Origin: a virus
Taxonomy: Duplodnaviria > Heunggongvirae > Uroviricota > Caudoviricetes
DNA: 64,000 bases
Virus record (IMG/VR): IMGVR_UViG_3300015214_000024
Span: 9,787 to 73,786 of that record
Reading direction: 5' to 3' (one strand)
Part shown: piece after piece, positions 62,969 to 64,000 of the stretch
Layout of the letters: each line of letters begins with the position of its first letter
Position numbering within the stretch: position 1 is the stretch's first letter
The notes under the pieces: model-generated
What the model was told of the DNA's origin: nothing
Seen by the model: the letters and a program-made list of their open reading frames with translations, nothing else
Databases searched by the model: none
Made by a program: the position numbers and the translations under genes

Positions 62969-63205
62969 ATGATTGGTGTATTTTTATATGAATGGTTGAC
63001 TGATATGATTAGAAAAAGTGATGCTGAGAAAATTATAAGAAAAGTGTCTTTAAACTCAGCTCGGTCTTCAGGACGCAAAATCAATACTTGGGTTTCCAAT
63101 ATAATTAATAATGCCAGCTGGCCGCCCACGGAGGCGGGCTCCTCCACGGAAGGGCCTCCACGGATGGACACGTCTCCACGGAAGAGCCTCAATGGAGACG
63201 TATGA
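62969..63205 (+). CDS. hypothetical protein (78 aa); C-terminal part coincides with CCACGGA direct repeats
   Basis: GGAAG RBS; promoter TTGACA-N17-TATAGG. Confidence 0.35.
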   Translation: MIGVFLYEWLTDMIRKSDAEKIIRKVSLNSARSSGRKINTWVSNIINNASWPPTEAGSSTEGPPRMDTSPRKSLNGDV

Positions 63206-63611
63206 ACCCATATTCACCCAAGTTGATGTAGCTGGGGAGGTTATAGATTGCCCCCAGACAGAACACGAATGGCTCTACCCAGATGAGTATGTGGGAAAGA
63301 ACATAATTTGGTTTATGGCCCATCACATTTGTTTAAACGATTTTGTCAGCACGGAAACGATTAACCGTTTTTTCCGAGTAGAAGGAAGTTGGAAACTTTT
63401 AAGTCAGATTCTTTCAATGGCCAATGGTCACGAATATCTTAATATAATTGACAATGCAAGAGAACACGTGACTGATTTGGATTTGCAGGAGCCATTGATT
63501 AGGATTATACTGGACAAACACAATTCAGGTTTGTACGAAGTATTTGTCAAAATGACAAAAAACCCATATTTAAAAACCGCTCGCCACAACATATGGAATT
63601 TCTTGAAATGA
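63192..63611 (+). CDS. hypothetical protein (139 aa)
   Basis: GGAAGAG RBS; 4x CCACGGA repeats immediately upstream. Confidence 0.5.
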   Translation: METYEPIFTQVDVAGEVIDCPQTEHEWLYPDEYVGKNIIWFMAHHICLNDFVSTETINRFFRVEGSWKLLSQILSMANGHEYLNIIDNAREHVTDLDLQEPLIRIILDKHNSGLYEVFVKMTKNPYLKTARHNIWNFLK

Positions 63612-63859
63612 ATGAGGAAGATGCAAACAAAATACTTTTCTACAATGGTTTCACGTGGGAATTTAATAAAGAATATCCGTCCACAATCAGTCTTCAGACG
63701 GTAATGGAATTGACTGATCCAAACATACAGGAAGGTATTGTCCACATTCTAAAGGCAAGTTTTAATGAGCCCAGAATAATTGAAAAATTTATTGACCAAC
63801 TTTCTCCCACGGAAGAACTAAAACAACTGAGGATGACTATATGGCAAATGATTCGCTAG
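63608..63859 (+). CDS. hypothetical protein (83 aa), TAG stop
   Basis: coupled; rare TAG terminator. Confidence 0.45.
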   Translation: MNEEDANKILFYNGFTWEFNKEYPSTISLQTVMELTDPNIQEGIVHILKASFNEPRIIEKFIDQLSPTEELKQLRMTIWQMIR

Positions 63860-63873
63860 AAGGACATATTTTG

Positions 63874-64000
63874 ATGGCTTGGATTAATGATCCAAGTTTT
63901 ATACAGGATACTGATAAGCAGGAACATTTTGCTGAACGATTCCTACATTGTCCCTTCACGGATCAATATAAGCTTATGGCCCATATGTTCAGTAATTTGA
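63874..64000 (+). CDS. hypothetical protein, 5' partial (runs off window)
   Basis: AAGGA RBS; open to window end. Confidence 0.35.
   Translation, partial: MAWINDPSFIQDTDKQEHFAERFLHCPFTDQYKLMAHMFSNL

Noticed and set aside
1-64000. Genome-wide TAG stop-codon reassignment, suggested by the CUA tRNA
   Set aside because: Large genes (rIIA x2, rIIB, MoxR, vWA, ligases) are intact in the standard code. TAG appears as an ordinary, rare stop.

Overview
This 64 kb window reads as part of a large T4-like (Tevenvirinae-type) lytic myovirus genome. The evidence is from remembered family motifs only and no database was searched. It carries recognisable rIIA/rIIB, T4 Rnl1-like and Rnl2-family RNA ligases, and tRNA genes flanked by HNH/GIY-YIG homing endonucleases. 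Genes are small, tightly packed and translationally coupled, and most have a host-like sigma70 promoter of the form TTGACx-N16/17-TAtAaG. Three strand blocks are visible.

Block 1 (1 to about 21.7 kb, plus strand) is an early-type region of roughly 50 small ORFs. It contains four near-identical promoter/leader cassettes, an AlkB-like dioxygenase, a macro-domain protein next to a PTH2-type peptidyl-tRNA hydrolase, a PF09414-type RNA ligase, a metallophosphoesterase, HNH and GIY-YIG homing endonucleases, a candidate amber-suppressor tRNA (anticodon CUA) and a 121-nt tRNA-like element.

Block 2 (21.9 to 43 kb, minus strand) encodes envelope-directed secreted and membrane proteins (an R/Y/G-rich secreted protein, a Bax-inhibitor/YccA protein, an L,D-transpeptidase, a 596-aa Gly/Asn/Ser-rich secreted protein and an SPFH protein), a tandem array of five DUF4116 paralogs, tRNA-Met and tRNA-Leu with HNH neighbours, a SpoT/Mesh1-like HD hydrolase, a SleB-like endolysin with a holin candidate, and a CYTH protein, a deaminase and an Rnl2-family ligase fused to a tRNA-binding domain.

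Block 3 (43 to 64 kb, plus strand) has a protein-kinase-like protein, T4 Rnl1-like RNA ligase, a 700-bp AT-rich iteron region, a MoxR-type AAA ATPase paired with a vWA/zincin-like protein, a DUF932 protein, a second AAA ATPase, two tandem rIIA paralogs (GHKL ATPase) followed by rIIB, and a cluster of TTAACGTTAA palindromes.

No rRNA, CRISPR array, integrase or transposase was seen.
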